Origin: Acidobacteriota bacterium | GTDB taxonomy: Bacteria > Acidobacteriota > Vicinamibacteria > Vicinamibacterales > UBA2999 | Reading direction: 5' to 3' | Assembly (NCBI GenBank): GCA_963169195.1 | Contig: CAUJDN010000132.1 | Location: 9,382-73,381, forward strand | Length of the DNA: 64,000 nucleotides | In this document: positions 44,293-53,075 of the stretch, in pieces | How the letters are laid out: every line of letters starts with the position of its first letter | Position numbering within the stretch: position 1 is the first letter of the stretch | The notes under the pieces: generated by a model | The model's database searches: none | The model's input: only the letters and a program-made list of their open reading frames with translations | Told to the model about the DNA's origin: nothing | Position numbers and translations under genes: made by a program

Positions 44293-46821
44293 ATGCGCGC
44301 CCTCCCGCTGCCCGCCCGCGCGTACGTCGGCGCCATCATCGCGGTCGGCGCCGCGCTACTGGTGTGGCTGGGCCCCCGCTCCGTATTCGACCGGCCCGTC
44401 CTGTTCGCGGTCCTGCTCCTCCTCTCGAGTCTGACCTCGGCCTTCAAGGTCAGCCTGCCGTTGGCCCGCAGCGGGTCCACGATGTCCGTGTCCTACGCGG
44501 TGGATTTCGCCGCGCTCCTGCTGCTCGGCCCCAACGAGACGATGCTCGTGGCCGTCGCCAGCGCGTGGAGCCAGTGCACCTTCCGGATGAAGGCGAGGAA
44601 CCCGGTTCACCGCACCCTCTTCAGCATGGCGTGCCTCGCCATCACGGTGCAGGCCGCCGGCTTCGCGTTCGATCGGGCGGGAGGCGTGCCCGGCATGCTG
44701 GACTTCACGGTGGCGGGGCTCGCACGGCCGCTGGTGGCAGCGGCCACGACCTACTTCATCGTCAACACCTTCACGATCGCCATCGCCATCGCGCTCACCA
44801 CCCGGCAGTCCCTGGTGACGGTCTGGAACCAGAACTTCCTCTGGAGCGCGCCGAGCTATTTCGTGGGCGCCGGGGTCGCGGCCGTCGTGACGTGGGCGGT
44901 GATGACGTCCGGGCTGATGTACCTGGCGCTGCTGGGCCTGGCGCCGCTCTACCTCACGTACCGCACCTACAAGGTCTACCTCGGGCGCATCGACGACGAG
45001 CGGCGGCACGTCGAGGCCATGGCGGACCTCCACCTGGCCACCATCGAGGCCCTGGCCCTGGCCATCGACGCCAAGGACCAGACGACCCAGACGCACATCC
45101 GCCGCGTCCAGGTGTACGCGACCGGACTGGCGCGGGGCCTGGGCATGCCGGAGAGCGAGATCCAGGGCGTCAAGACCGCGGCGCTGCTCCACGACATCGG
45201 CAAGCTGGCCGTCCCCGAGCACATCCTGTCGAAGCCCGGGCCGCTCACGCAGGAGGAGTTCCAGAAGATCCGCATCCATCCCCAGGTCGGGGCCGAAATC
45301 ATCAGCGCGGTGCCCTTCCCCTACCCCGTGGCGCCGCTCATCCTGAGCCACCACGAGCGGTGGGATGGCAAGGGCTATCCGCAGGGATTGAAGGGGGACG
45401 ACATCCCGCTCGGCGCACGCATCCTCACCGTGGTGGACTATTTCGACGCGCTCACGTCGGACCGGCCCTATCACAGGGCCATGACGCACGAGGCGGCGCT
45501 GCTCCTGCTCCAGCAGGAAGCCGGGCGCGCGCTCGATCCGAAGGTCGTGGACCTCTTCATCGAGAAGCTGCCCGAGATGGCGCGCGAGGCGCAGGGGCTC
45601 GAGGCCGAGCCCGGGCGCCGCCTCACGCTCGAGTCGACGTCGGATCTCGGGCGGCCCGCGGTGGGGTTCCTGCCCGACGGCACGGGCCGGGGCAGCACCG
45701 TCTTCGACGACATCGCGCTGGCCCACCGCGAAATCTACGCGCTCTACGAGATCGCGCAGACGATGGGGACGAGCCTCGGCGTGGCCGACACGATGGCCCT
45801 CATCGCGTCGAAACTGACCAATCTCGTCCCGTTCTCGTCGTGCGCGCTCTTCCTCTACGACGAGCCCGACGACATGCTCCGCTGCCGGTTCGCCACCGGC
45901 GCCGAATCCGACGTCATCGGCTCGATGGCCATCCGGGCCGGCCAGGGACTGACCGGCTGGGTGGCCCGCAACCGACGGCCGCTGGTCAACGCCCGGCCGA
46001 GCGCCGACTTCGAGGCCTCCGGCATCGGCCATCCCGTCACGTGGCTCAACTCCGCGCTGGTGGCGCCGCTCGTCTTCAACGAGCGCTTCATCGGCACGCT
46101 GGCCGTGTACCACACCGAGGCCGACTTCTACACCGACGACCACCGCCGCCTGCTGGATCGCGTGTCGGAGCAGGCCGCCGCCGTCATCCACAACTCCATC
46201 GTCTTCGAGCAGACCCAGGAAGACTCGCTCACCGATCCGCTGACGGGCCTGCCCAACACACGGTTCATGTTCCTGCACCTCTCGCGCGAGCTGGCGAGGG
46301 CCGAGCGCATGAAGTCGGAGGTCGCGCTGCTGGTGATGGACCTCGACAACTTCAAGGAGATCAACGACACGTTCGGGCACAACGTGGGCGATCGCGCGCT
46401 GCGCGAGGTGGCGCAGGTCCTGCGCGCGGGCATCCGGCCCTACGACATCTGCATCCGCTACGCGGGCGACGAGTTCGTGGTGGTGCTGTCAGGCTGTGGC
46501 GCCGAGGAGGCCGAGCGCAAGCGTGGCGAGCTGCAGCTCGCTGTCGACGAGATGGTCTTCGAGGTCAGGCCCGGGCGCCGCGTGCCCGTCGGGGTCAGCG
46601 TCGGTGCCGCCATCTTCCCGCGGGACGGGGACGGCTACGAAGCCATCATGGCCGCGGCCGACAGCCGGATGTACCGTGACAAGACGCGCCGCAAGCAGCG
46701 GGCCGAGATGCGAGCCGCGGCCACCGGTACCGACGGCATCACGAGCGTGATGGTCCCGGCCGGCTCGGGCGGCGACATCTCCGACGTCGACATCCAGCGC
46801 GCCGGGTTCGGCGTGCTCTGA
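44293..46821 (+). CDS. multidomain c-di-GMP protein: polytopic membrane domain + HD-GYP + GAF + GGDEF
   Basis: ATG 44293, because the TTG 44251 ORF start lies inside the promoter. HDIGKLAV, HHERWDGKGYP, GAF region, RPYD I-site and AGDEF active-site variant. Confidence 0.8.
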   Translation: MRALPLPARAYVGAIIAVGAALLVWLGPRSVFDRPVLFAVLLLLSSLTSAFKVSLPLARSGSTMSVSYAVDFAALLLLGPNETMLVAVASAWSQCTFRMKARNPVHRTLFSMACLAITVQAAGFAFDRAGGVPGMLDFTVAGLARPLVAAATTYFIVNTFTIAIAIALTTRQSLVTVWNQNFLWSAPSYFVGAGVAAVVTWAVMTSGLMYLALLGLAPLYLTYRTYKVYLGRIDDERRHVEAMADLHLATIEALALAIDAKDQTTQTHIRRVQVYATGLARGLGMPESEIQGVKTAALLHDIGKLAVPEHILSKPGPLTQEEFQKIRIHPQVGAEIISAVPFPYPVAPLILSHHERWDGKGYPQGLKGDDIPLGARILTVVDYFDALTSDRPYHRAMTHEAALLLLQQEAGRALDPKVVDLFIEKLPEMAREAQGLEAEPGRRLTLESTSDLGRPAVGFLPDGTGRGSTVFDDIALAHREIYALYEIAQTMGTSLGVADTMALIASKLTNLVPFSSCALFLYDEPDDMLRCRFATGAESDVIGSMAIRAGQGLTGWVARNRRPLVNARPSADFEASGIGHPVTWLNSALVAPLVFNERFIGTLAVYHTEADFYTDDHRRLLDRVSEQAAAVIHNSIVFEQTQEDSLTDPLTGLPNTRFMFLHLSRELARAERMKSEVALLVMDLDNFKEINDTFGHNVGDRALREVAQVLRAGIRPYDICIRYAGDEFVVVLSGCGAEEAERKRGELQLAVDEMVFEVRPGRRVPVGVSVGAAIFPRDGDGYEAIMAAADSRMYRDKTRRKQRAEMRAAATGTDGITSVMVPAGSGGDISDVDIQRAGFGVL

Positions 46822-46845
46822 CACCCGGCCCGGCACGCTGCCGCG

Positions 46846-47553
46846 ATGATTACGACCCTGACGGTCCGCGCCATCGTCCGTGCCACGCCCCGGACGCGCC
46901 TGCTCCGCCTCGGCCTGGGTACACACGGGTTCCACTTCCGCGCCGGCCAGGCGGTCATGGCCGGCCTCCACGGCTCACCCCTCAGGAAACCCTACTCCAT
47001 CGCGTCCGCCCCACGGGAGGCCGCCCGCAACGGGTGGATCGACCTGCTCGTGCAGGTGGACGATGCCGGCGGTCCCGACCCGCACCTCGAGCTGGCGGCA
47101 CCGGGGGTTGGCGTGGACGTCGAGGGACCGTTCGGGCACTTCGTCCTGCCACCCGCCGTTCCGGGCGGGTCACTGCTGCTGGTCGCGGGCGGCACGGGCA
47201 TCGCCCCGCTGCGGTCCATGCTCATCGACACGCTCGACCACCCGTCGCCGCCGCGGGTTGGCGTGGTCTACAGCGCACGGGCCGTCGAGGAGCTGGCGTA
47301 TCGGGACGAGCTCGAGGCGCTGGCCGCGGCCGGGCGCATCACGCTGAGGATGACCGTGACCCGGGACGGCCACGGGGCCTGGGCGGGGCGGCGGGGCCGC
47401 ATCGACCAGGCGCTGCTGGCCGAGGCGTTGCCCTCCGCCGACGCGATCTGCCTGCTGTGCGGCCCACCCGCCCTGGTGCGCGACATCACGGCCCGGCTGC
47501 GCGGGCTCGGGGTGCCCGATCACGCCGTGGTGGTCGAACGGTACGACGCCTGA
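46846..47553 (+). CDS. ferredoxin-NADP reductase-like FAD/NAD(P)-binding oxidoreductase
   Basis: 235 aa. RKPYSIAS (RxYS FAD motif), GGTGIAPL, LLCGPPALV. Confidence 0.75.
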   Translation: MITTLTVRAIVRATPRTRLLRLGLGTHGFHFRAGQAVMAGLHGSPLRKPYSIASAPREAARNGWIDLLVQVDDAGGPDPHLELAAPGVGVDVEGPFGHFVLPPAVPGGSLLLVAGGTGIAPLRSMLIDTLDHPSPPRVGVVYSARAVEELAYRDELEALAAAGRITLRMTVTRDGHGAWAGRRGRIDQALLAEALPSADAICLLCGPPALVRDITARLRGLGVPDHAVVVERYDA

Positions 47554-47561
47554 GCGGGCGC

Positions 47562-48344
47562 CTAGATCCCGACCACGTGGTAGCCGGCGTCGACCATGAG
47601 GACCTCGCCGGTAATGCCGCGCGCGCCGTCCGCGAGCAGGAACGCCGCCGCCGACCCGACTTCCGCCGTGTCGATGGCGCGCCGGAGCGGCGCCTTCTCG
47701 CGGACGACCCCCATGATCGACGAGAAGCCGCCGATGCCGGCGGCCGCCAGCGTCCTCACCGGCCCCGCCGAAATGGCGTTCACGCGGATGCCGCCGGGCC
47801 CGAGGTCGCTGGCCAGGTACCGCACGCTCGATTCGAGGGCCGCCTTGGCGACGCCCATGACGTTGTAGTGCGGGAAGACGCGATCGCTGCCGAGGAACGA
47901 CAGCGTGAGGATGCTGCCGCCCCCGCGCGACTGCATCAGCGGCTGCGCGCCCCGCGCCAGTGCGATGAGCGAGTACGCGCTGATGTCCAGGGCGAGGCGG
48001 AACCCCTCGCGCGAGGTCTGGACGAAGGCACTGGCGAGGTCGCTGCGTTCGGCGAACGCCACTCCGTGTACCAGGAAGTCCAACCCGCCGTGGTCCTGCC
48101 GGATGCGCTCGAACACGGCCGCGATCTCGGTGTCCTGCTGCACGTCGCACGGCAGCACCAGCGTGTCGGGGGCGAGCTGGGCGGCGAGCGCTCTCACATG
48201 CTCCTCGAAGCGATCCTGGTAGGTGAGCACCACGCGCGCGCCCTCGGCGGCGACGGCCTGGGCGATGGCCCAGGCCAGCGAGCGATGGTTCGCCACGCCG
48301 ACGATCAACCCCACCTTTCCCTGCATGCGTCCGTCAGTCGTCAT
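47562..48344 (-). CDS. fabI: enoyl-ACP reductase FabI
   Basis: 260 aa. GKVGLIVGVAN, SFLGSDRVFPHYNVMGVAKAALE (Y-x6-K), RVNAISAGPV. Confidence 0.9.
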   Translation of the reverse strand: MTTDGRMQGKVGLIVGVANHRSLAWAIAQAVAAEGARVVLTYQDRFEEHVRALAAQLAPDTLVLPCDVQQDTEIAAVFERIRQDHGGLDFLVHGVAFAERSDLASAFVQTSREGFRLALDISAYSLIALARGAQPLMQSRGGGSILTLSFLGSDRVFPHYNVMGVAKAALESSVRYLASDLGPGGIRVNAISAGPVRTLAAAGIGGFSSIMGVVREKAPLRRAIDTAEVGSAAAFLLADGARGITGEVLMVDAGYHVVGI

Positions 48345-48362
48345 CGATCTCCCCGGGTGCGG

Positions 48363-48980
48363 TCAGTGTTTCTTGCGCCGACGCCGGCGCCCGCCCTGGC
48401 CGCCGCCGCTCGTGTTGCCCTGCTCGCGCCCGAAGCGCATGGGCCCGCTGCCGTCCAACGCGCCTCCGGGCCGCCGGCGAAACCGGCCAGGGCCGTGGCG
48501 CTTGCCCCGCGGGGGCTGCGGTTGGTGCATCGTGAATTCAGGGATGGCACGGGCGGGTGGAGGCTGCCCCTCGGGCCGGGGGAGCTGCGCGCGGATCAGG
48601 GAGCGCCGGAACGGGCGATCGTCACCGTCGGGAGACGGTGGCGGCTCGGCCGGCGCCTCCGGTGCGGCCACGGCCGCAGGCGGCGGGAGGTCCGGCGCGG
48701 CATCGACGGGCACGACGGCCTCTGACGAGGCCGAGGCGAGGCGTCCGGCCGGGGCATCGGCACTGTCGAGAACCTGCGCGAAGAGGGCTGCGGTCGAGGC
48801 CCGCTTCTTCTGGGTGGGCACCCTGGCGTTCTTGAACTCGTGCTCGGCGTCGCACGAAACGCAGCGCGTGCGTTGAATCTCGTCCTCGACCATCGCGACA
48901 ATGGCATGGTCCGTAATACGGCGCTCGCGCGGACAGTAATCGTCCAGCACGTCGCCAGGCCTATACTGGCGTTGCTGCAT
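48363..48980 (-). CDS. hypothetical protein: N-terminal CPx...CxxC zinc-ribbon-like module + long disordered Pro/Arg/Gly-rich tail
   Basis: 205 aa. DYCPRERR...RCVSCDAEH, then low complexity ending GGGQGGRRRRRKKH. Lies 18 nt upstream of fabI. Confidence 0.5.
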   Translation of the reverse strand: MQQRQYRPGDVLDDYCPRERRITDHAIVAMVEDEIQRTRCVSCDAEHEFKNARVPTQKKRASTAALFAQVLDSADAPAGRLASASSEAVVPVDAAPDLPPPAAVAAPEAPAEPPPSPDGDDRPFRRSLIRAQLPRPEGQPPPARAIPEFTMHQPQPPRGKRHGPGRFRRRPGGALDGSGPMRFGREQGNTSGGGQGGRRRRRKKH

Positions 48981-49120
48981 GCAACTCCCCCGAAACAGTT
49001 CCTAGATCACGGCCCGTCAGAGCACTTCAGCGCAGGGTGGGAAGCTCAGGCCTGAACGGTCGGCACACCGCAGGGCGCAGGGCACATGGATTTTAGCAGA
49101 CGACGCGGCTGCGGGCAAAC

Positions 49121-50518
49121 CTAAGGCGGATCGGCAACCGCGAAACCCTGGAGCCAGGCCTTGAGCTCGGCCAGCCGGGCCCGCACGGCCTCGGGGTGCG
49201 TGGACTGGGGCGTCCGGCGCGCTCGGACCGACGCGGCCGCGGTCACGCGGGCCTTCACGTCCGCGGCGAACAGGGGGCTGAAGGCCTGCCATTCGACCAG
49301 GCTCAGCGCCTCGATGTCGCGGCCATCGGTGAGCAGCTGGCGCACCATCGCGCCCACCACCTCGTGTGCCTGCCGGAACGGCATGCCCTTCGACACCAGG
49401 TAGTCCGCGACGTCGGTCGCCAGCAGCAGGCCAGACGCCGCCCGCCCCGTGCGCTGGGGATGGAGCGACAGCCTGTCGATGACGGCGGCGACGGCGGCCG
49501 CCGACACCGCGAGCGTGTCCTCGGCGTCGAAGAGGGGCTCCTTGTCCTCCTGCAGGTCCTTGTTGTACCCGGTCGGCAGCCCCTTCATCGTGACGAGCAG
49601 TCCGGTGAGGTGACCGATGGCCCGACCCGTCTTCCCGCGCACGAGCTCCAGCGGGTCCGGGTTCTTCTTCTGCGGCATCATGCTGCTGCCCGTCGCCGAC
49701 GCATCGGCCAGCTCGAAGAATCCGAACTCCTCGCTCGTGAAGAGGATGAAGTCCTCCGCGATGCGCGAGAGGTGCACCATCGCCAGCGCCGTGGCGTACA
49801 GGAAGGTCGCCGCGAAGTCGCGGTCGGACGAGGCGTCCATGCTGTTGGGCACCACCTTCGCAAAGCCCAGCCTCGCCGCGAGGGCGGCGGTGTCCACGGC
49901 GTAGCCCGTACCGGCGATGGCGCCAGAACCCAGGGGCAGCGCGTTGGCCTCCTCGCGGGCCTGCTCGAGCCGCTCGTGGTCCCGCTTCAACGCCACGGCG
50001 TGGCTGAGGAGGTAGTGGGAGACCAGCACGGGCATCGCCCGGCGCAGGTGCGTGTACGACGGCATCAGGGCATCGCCCGCGCACCCGGCCTGATCGACGA
50101 AGGCGGCAATGGCGGAGCGCAGGCCGGCCTGCAGCCGCGGGATCCTCCGCCTGAGATAGAGCCGCAGGTCCACCGACACCTGCTCGTTGCGCGACCGCCC
50201 GGTGTGCAGGCGCCGCCCGGCATCGCCAATGCGGGCGACGAGTTGACGCTCGACGAAGCTGTGGATGTCCTCGTCTGGGCCGTTCACCCAGTCGGGATCG
50301 CGGCGCCCCTGCTCGAGGATGTCCGTGAGGCCCTGGCGGATGGCCGCGGCGTCCTTCGCGTCCAGCACGCCGGCGGTGGCCAGCGCCTCCGCCCACGCCA
50401 GGCTGCCGGTCACGTCGTCTTCGAAGAGGCGACGATCGAAGGAGAAGGAGATGCCGAAGTCGAATGCGGCAGGATCAGGGGCCTCGTCGAAGCGGCCCGA
50501 CCAGAGGTGCTGGGGCAT
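49121..50518 (-). CDS. argH: argininosuccinate lyase
   Basis: Internal ATG (MPQHLWSGRFDE...). HTGRSRNEQV, GSSMMPQKKNPD signature. Confidence 0.95.
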   Translation of the reverse strand: MPQHLWSGRFDEAPDPAAFDFGISFSFDRRLFEDDVTGSLAWAEALATAGVLDAKDAAAIRQGLTDILEQGRRDPDWVNGPDEDIHSFVERQLVARIGDAGRRLHTGRSRNEQVSVDLRLYLRRRIPRLQAGLRSAIAAFVDQAGCAGDALMPSYTHLRRAMPVLVSHYLLSHAVALKRDHERLEQAREEANALPLGSGAIAGTGYAVDTAALAARLGFAKVVPNSMDASSDRDFAATFLYATALAMVHLSRIAEDFILFTSEEFGFFELADASATGSSMMPQKKNPDPLELVRGKTGRAIGHLTGLLVTMKGLPTGYNKDLQEDKEPLFDAEDTLAVSAAAVAAVIDRLSLHPQRTGRAASGLLLATDVADYLVSKGMPFRQAHEVVGAMVRQLLTDGRDIEALSLVEWQAFSPLFAADVKARVTAAASVRARRTPQSTHPEAVRARLAELKAWLQGFAVADPP

Positions 50519-50524
50519 GACAGA

Positions 50525-50552
50525 GTGAGCCGTGAGAAGTGAGCCGTGAGAA
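50525..50552. repeat. heptanucleotide tandem array (GTGAGCC/GTGAGAA)x2
   Basis: gtgagcc gtgagaa gtgagcc gtgagaa, beginning 6 nt 5' of the argH start codon. GTGAGAA is the reverse complement of the TTCTCAC unit at 63349. Confidence 0.85.
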
Positions 50553-50643
50553 ACAAATGCCCAGGGTGCGGCGGTCACCAGCTCCGCGTCCGGGGACGCA
50601 TGATCATACCGGACCCGGGGGCCTGGACCATGCGCTCGTTCAC

Positions 50644-51108
50644 CTACCGGGCGGCGTCGTGAGCCGCCAGGTGATCCAGCTGCCTGACGATGCGCCGGGC
50701 GCACCTGGCGTCGCGCGCGATCACGAGGATGGTGTCGTCGCCGGCAATCGTGCCCACGACGCCCGGGAGGGGCGCGCGGTCGAGCGCCACCCCGAGGAGC
50801 TGGGCCTGGCCGGGGCCCGTCCGCAGCACGACGAGCTGCTGCACGGGCTCGGCGCTGGCCATGTATTCGGCGACGGCGCGGGTCAGCGCGGACACGGCCA
50901 CCGGGGCGGGCGGTGCCTCCGCGCCGGCAGGGCGGTAGGCGCTGTCGGAGGCGCGCTTCACCAGGCCGATGTCCTTGATGTCGCGCGAGAGCGTGGCCTG
51001 GGTCACCGAGAAGCCGCGCGCCGCGAGGCGCTGGCGCAGCTGCTCCTGGCTGCGGATGGCCTCGCGCTCGACGATGTCCCGAATGGCGGCCTGACGGCGC
51101 GGCTTCAT
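50644..51108 (-). CDS. argR: arginine repressor
   Basis: The last 154 aa of ORF 50644..52110: MKPRRQAAIRDIVEREAIRSQEQLRQRLAARGFSVTQATLSRDIKDIGLVK, GTIAGDDTILV. Confidence 0.9.
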   Translation of the reverse strand: MKPRRQAAIRDIVEREAIRSQEQLRQRLAARGFSVTQATLSRDIKDIGLVKRASDSAYRPAGAEAPPAPVAVSALTRAVAEYMASAEPVQQLVVLRTGPGQAQLLGVALDRAPLPGVVGTIAGDDTILVIARDARCARRIVRQLDHLAAHDAAR

Positions 51109-51123
51109 GGATATACAGCCTGA

Positions 51124-51192
51124 TGAAAGAATATACATCAATGGGAGCGCCTGCGCGTTGACAGACGCGACCCGGCCTTGTATAAGTATTCT
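51124..51192. promoter_or_regulatory. divergent argR/argC control region: two ARG-box-like sites flanking a sigma-70-like promoter
   Basis: TGAAAGAATATACA (51124-51137) and TGTATAAGTATTCT (51179-51192) resemble TGAATwwwwATTCA. TTGACA (51158-51163), N17, TATAAG (51181-51186). Confidence 0.6.
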
Positions 51193-51252
51193 TTTCCGGC
51201 GGGCGCCCGCCCGCGCCGCCGGGGGATCGCGCCACGGGAGGGACGACACGGC

Positions 51253-52266
51253 ATGGCCGCAGACACGACGGAGGGCCCCATTCGCGCCGGCATCGCCGGC
51301 GCCACCGGCTACGCCGGCCAGGAACTGATCCGCCTGCTCGCCCGCCACCCGCGCGTCACGCTCACCATCGCCACGGCATCCCAGGCCACGAGCACGCCTC
51401 GCCGCCTGCCCGCGCTCGCGCGCATCTGGGACGGCGAGGTGCGCCCCCTCGACCAGGCCGCCCTGGCCGGATCGGCTGACGCCGTGTTCCTCGCGCTGCC
51501 CGAAGCCGCCTCCGCCGAGCTGGCGCCGCAGCTGCTCGCCGCCGGCGTCCGCGTCATCGACCTGTCCGGCGCCTTCCGCTTGCGGGACGACGTCCTGCGC
51601 GCGACATGGTACCCGGCCACCGGGGCCCTTCCCGACCGCGTCGCGTATGGGCTCACGGAGTTCGAGACGCCCGCCATCCGCACGGCGCGGCTGCTCTCGA
51701 ACCCCGGCTGCTACCCCACGGCCTCGCTCCTCGCCCTGCTGCCGCTGGCGCGGGCGGGACTGCTGGCCCCCGGCGAGGACATCGTCATCGACGCCAAGTC
51801 CGGCATCTCGGGGGCCGGCAAGGCGCCCACCGACCGCACCCACTTCTGCGAGAACCACGGCAGCGTCGCCGCGTACGGGGTGTTCGGCCATCGCCACACG
51901 CCGGAGATGGAGCAAGCGCTCGGCCAGCGCGTGACGTTCGTGCCGCACCTCGTGCCGCTCGATCGCGGCATCCTGTCCAGCATCTACGCACGGCTCGTCC
52001 CGGGCACGACGGCCGCGCACGTGTCGGACGCCTTCGGGCGCGCCTACGCGGGGGCGCCCTTCGTGCGCATCACGGGCGACGTGCTCCCCGAAATCAAGCA
52101 CGTGGCCCACACCAACTTCTGCGACATCGGCTGGAAGGTGGACGAGGCCAACGGGCGCGTGTTCCTCGCCAGCGCCATCGACAACCTGGTGAAGGGCGCC
52201 GCCGGACAGGCCATCCAGAACATGAACGTCATGTACGGTCTCGACGAGCGCACGGGGCTGCGGTGA
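51253..52266 (+). CDS. argC: N-acetyl-gamma-glutamyl-phosphate reductase
   Basis: Internal ATG with GGGAGGG RBS. GATGYAGQELIRLL, SNPGCYPT (active-site Cys). Confidence 0.9.
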   Translation: MAADTTEGPIRAGIAGATGYAGQELIRLLARHPRVTLTIATASQATSTPRRLPALARIWDGEVRPLDQAALAGSADAVFLALPEAASAELAPQLLAAGVRVIDLSGAFRLRDDVLRATWYPATGALPDRVAYGLTEFETPAIRTARLLSNPGCYPTASLLALLPLARAGLLAPGEDIVIDAKSGISGAGKAPTDRTHFCENHGSVAAYGVFGHRHTPEMEQALGQRVTFVPHLVPLDRGILSSIYARLVPGTTAAHVSDAFGRAYAGAPFVRITGDVLPEIKHVAHTNFCDIGWKVDEANGRVFLASAIDNLVKGAAGQAIQNMNVMYGLDERTGLR

Positions 52267-53075
52267 CGCTCACGCTGCTGAAGCTCGGCGGCGAGCTGCT
52301 CGAGAACGAGCAGAAGCTGGCCGCCATGGGGCGCATGGTCGCTCGCCTCGCAGGTCCCCTCGCCATCGTCCACGGCGGCGGCCGCGAAATCGACGCGGCG
52401 CTGGCCGAGCTCGGGATCCCCAGGCGACAGGTGGACGGACTGCGGGTGACCGACGCCCGCACGCTGGACGTGGTCGTGTCGGTCCTGGCCGGCGCCGTGA
52501 ACACGCGATTCGTGGCGGCCATCAACGGCGCGGGCGGGCGGGCGGTCGGCCTGACCGGCGCCGACGCCGGCGTGGCGCCCGTGAGGAAAGCGCCCCTGCA
52601 CCACGCAACCAGCGGCGAGGTGGTGGATCTCGGGCTCGTCGGCGAGCCGACGGGCGCGGCCGCACCCGCCCTGCTGACGACGCTGGTGGCCCGCCGCTTC
52701 GTGCCGGTCATCGCGTGCATCGGCGCGGCGAGGAACGGGCAGCTGTTCAACGTGAACGCCGATACTCTCGCGGGGAGCCTGGCCGCGCGGCTCGGCGCCA
52801 CGCGCTTGATCGTCGCCGGGGGCACGCCGGGCGTCCTCGACGAGGACGGGCAGACGATCCCGGCCCTCGGGCCCCGCGACATCCGGGCGCTCGTGCAGTC
52901 GGGCACGGCCAGCGCCGGCATGGTGGCCAAGCTCGTGGCCTGCCAGGCGGCAGCCAGGCGCGGGGTGAAGGAGGTGGCCATCGTGGACGGCCGCGACACG
53001 AAGACACTGGGCGCGTTCCTCGAGCGGCGCGTGCTCGATCGGACGCCATTTGCAGGAACGCGAGTCACGCCATGA
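52263..53075 (+). CDS. argB: acetylglutamate kinase
   Basis: GTG overlaps the argC stop (GTGA). KLGGELL, VHGGG, NVNADT. Confidence 0.85.
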   Translation: MTLTLLKLGGELLENEQKLAAMGRMVARLAGPLAIVHGGGREIDAALAELGIPRRQVDGLRVTDARTLDVVVSVLAGAVNTRFVAAINGAGGRAVGLTGADAGVAPVRKAPLHHATSGEVVDLGLVGEPTGAAAPALLTTLVARRFVPVIACIGAARNGQLFNVNADTLAGSLAARLGATRLIVAGGTPGVLDEDGQTIPALGPRDIRALVQSGTASAGMVAKLVACQAAARRGVKEVAIVDGRDTKTLGAFLERRVLDRTPFAGTRVTP

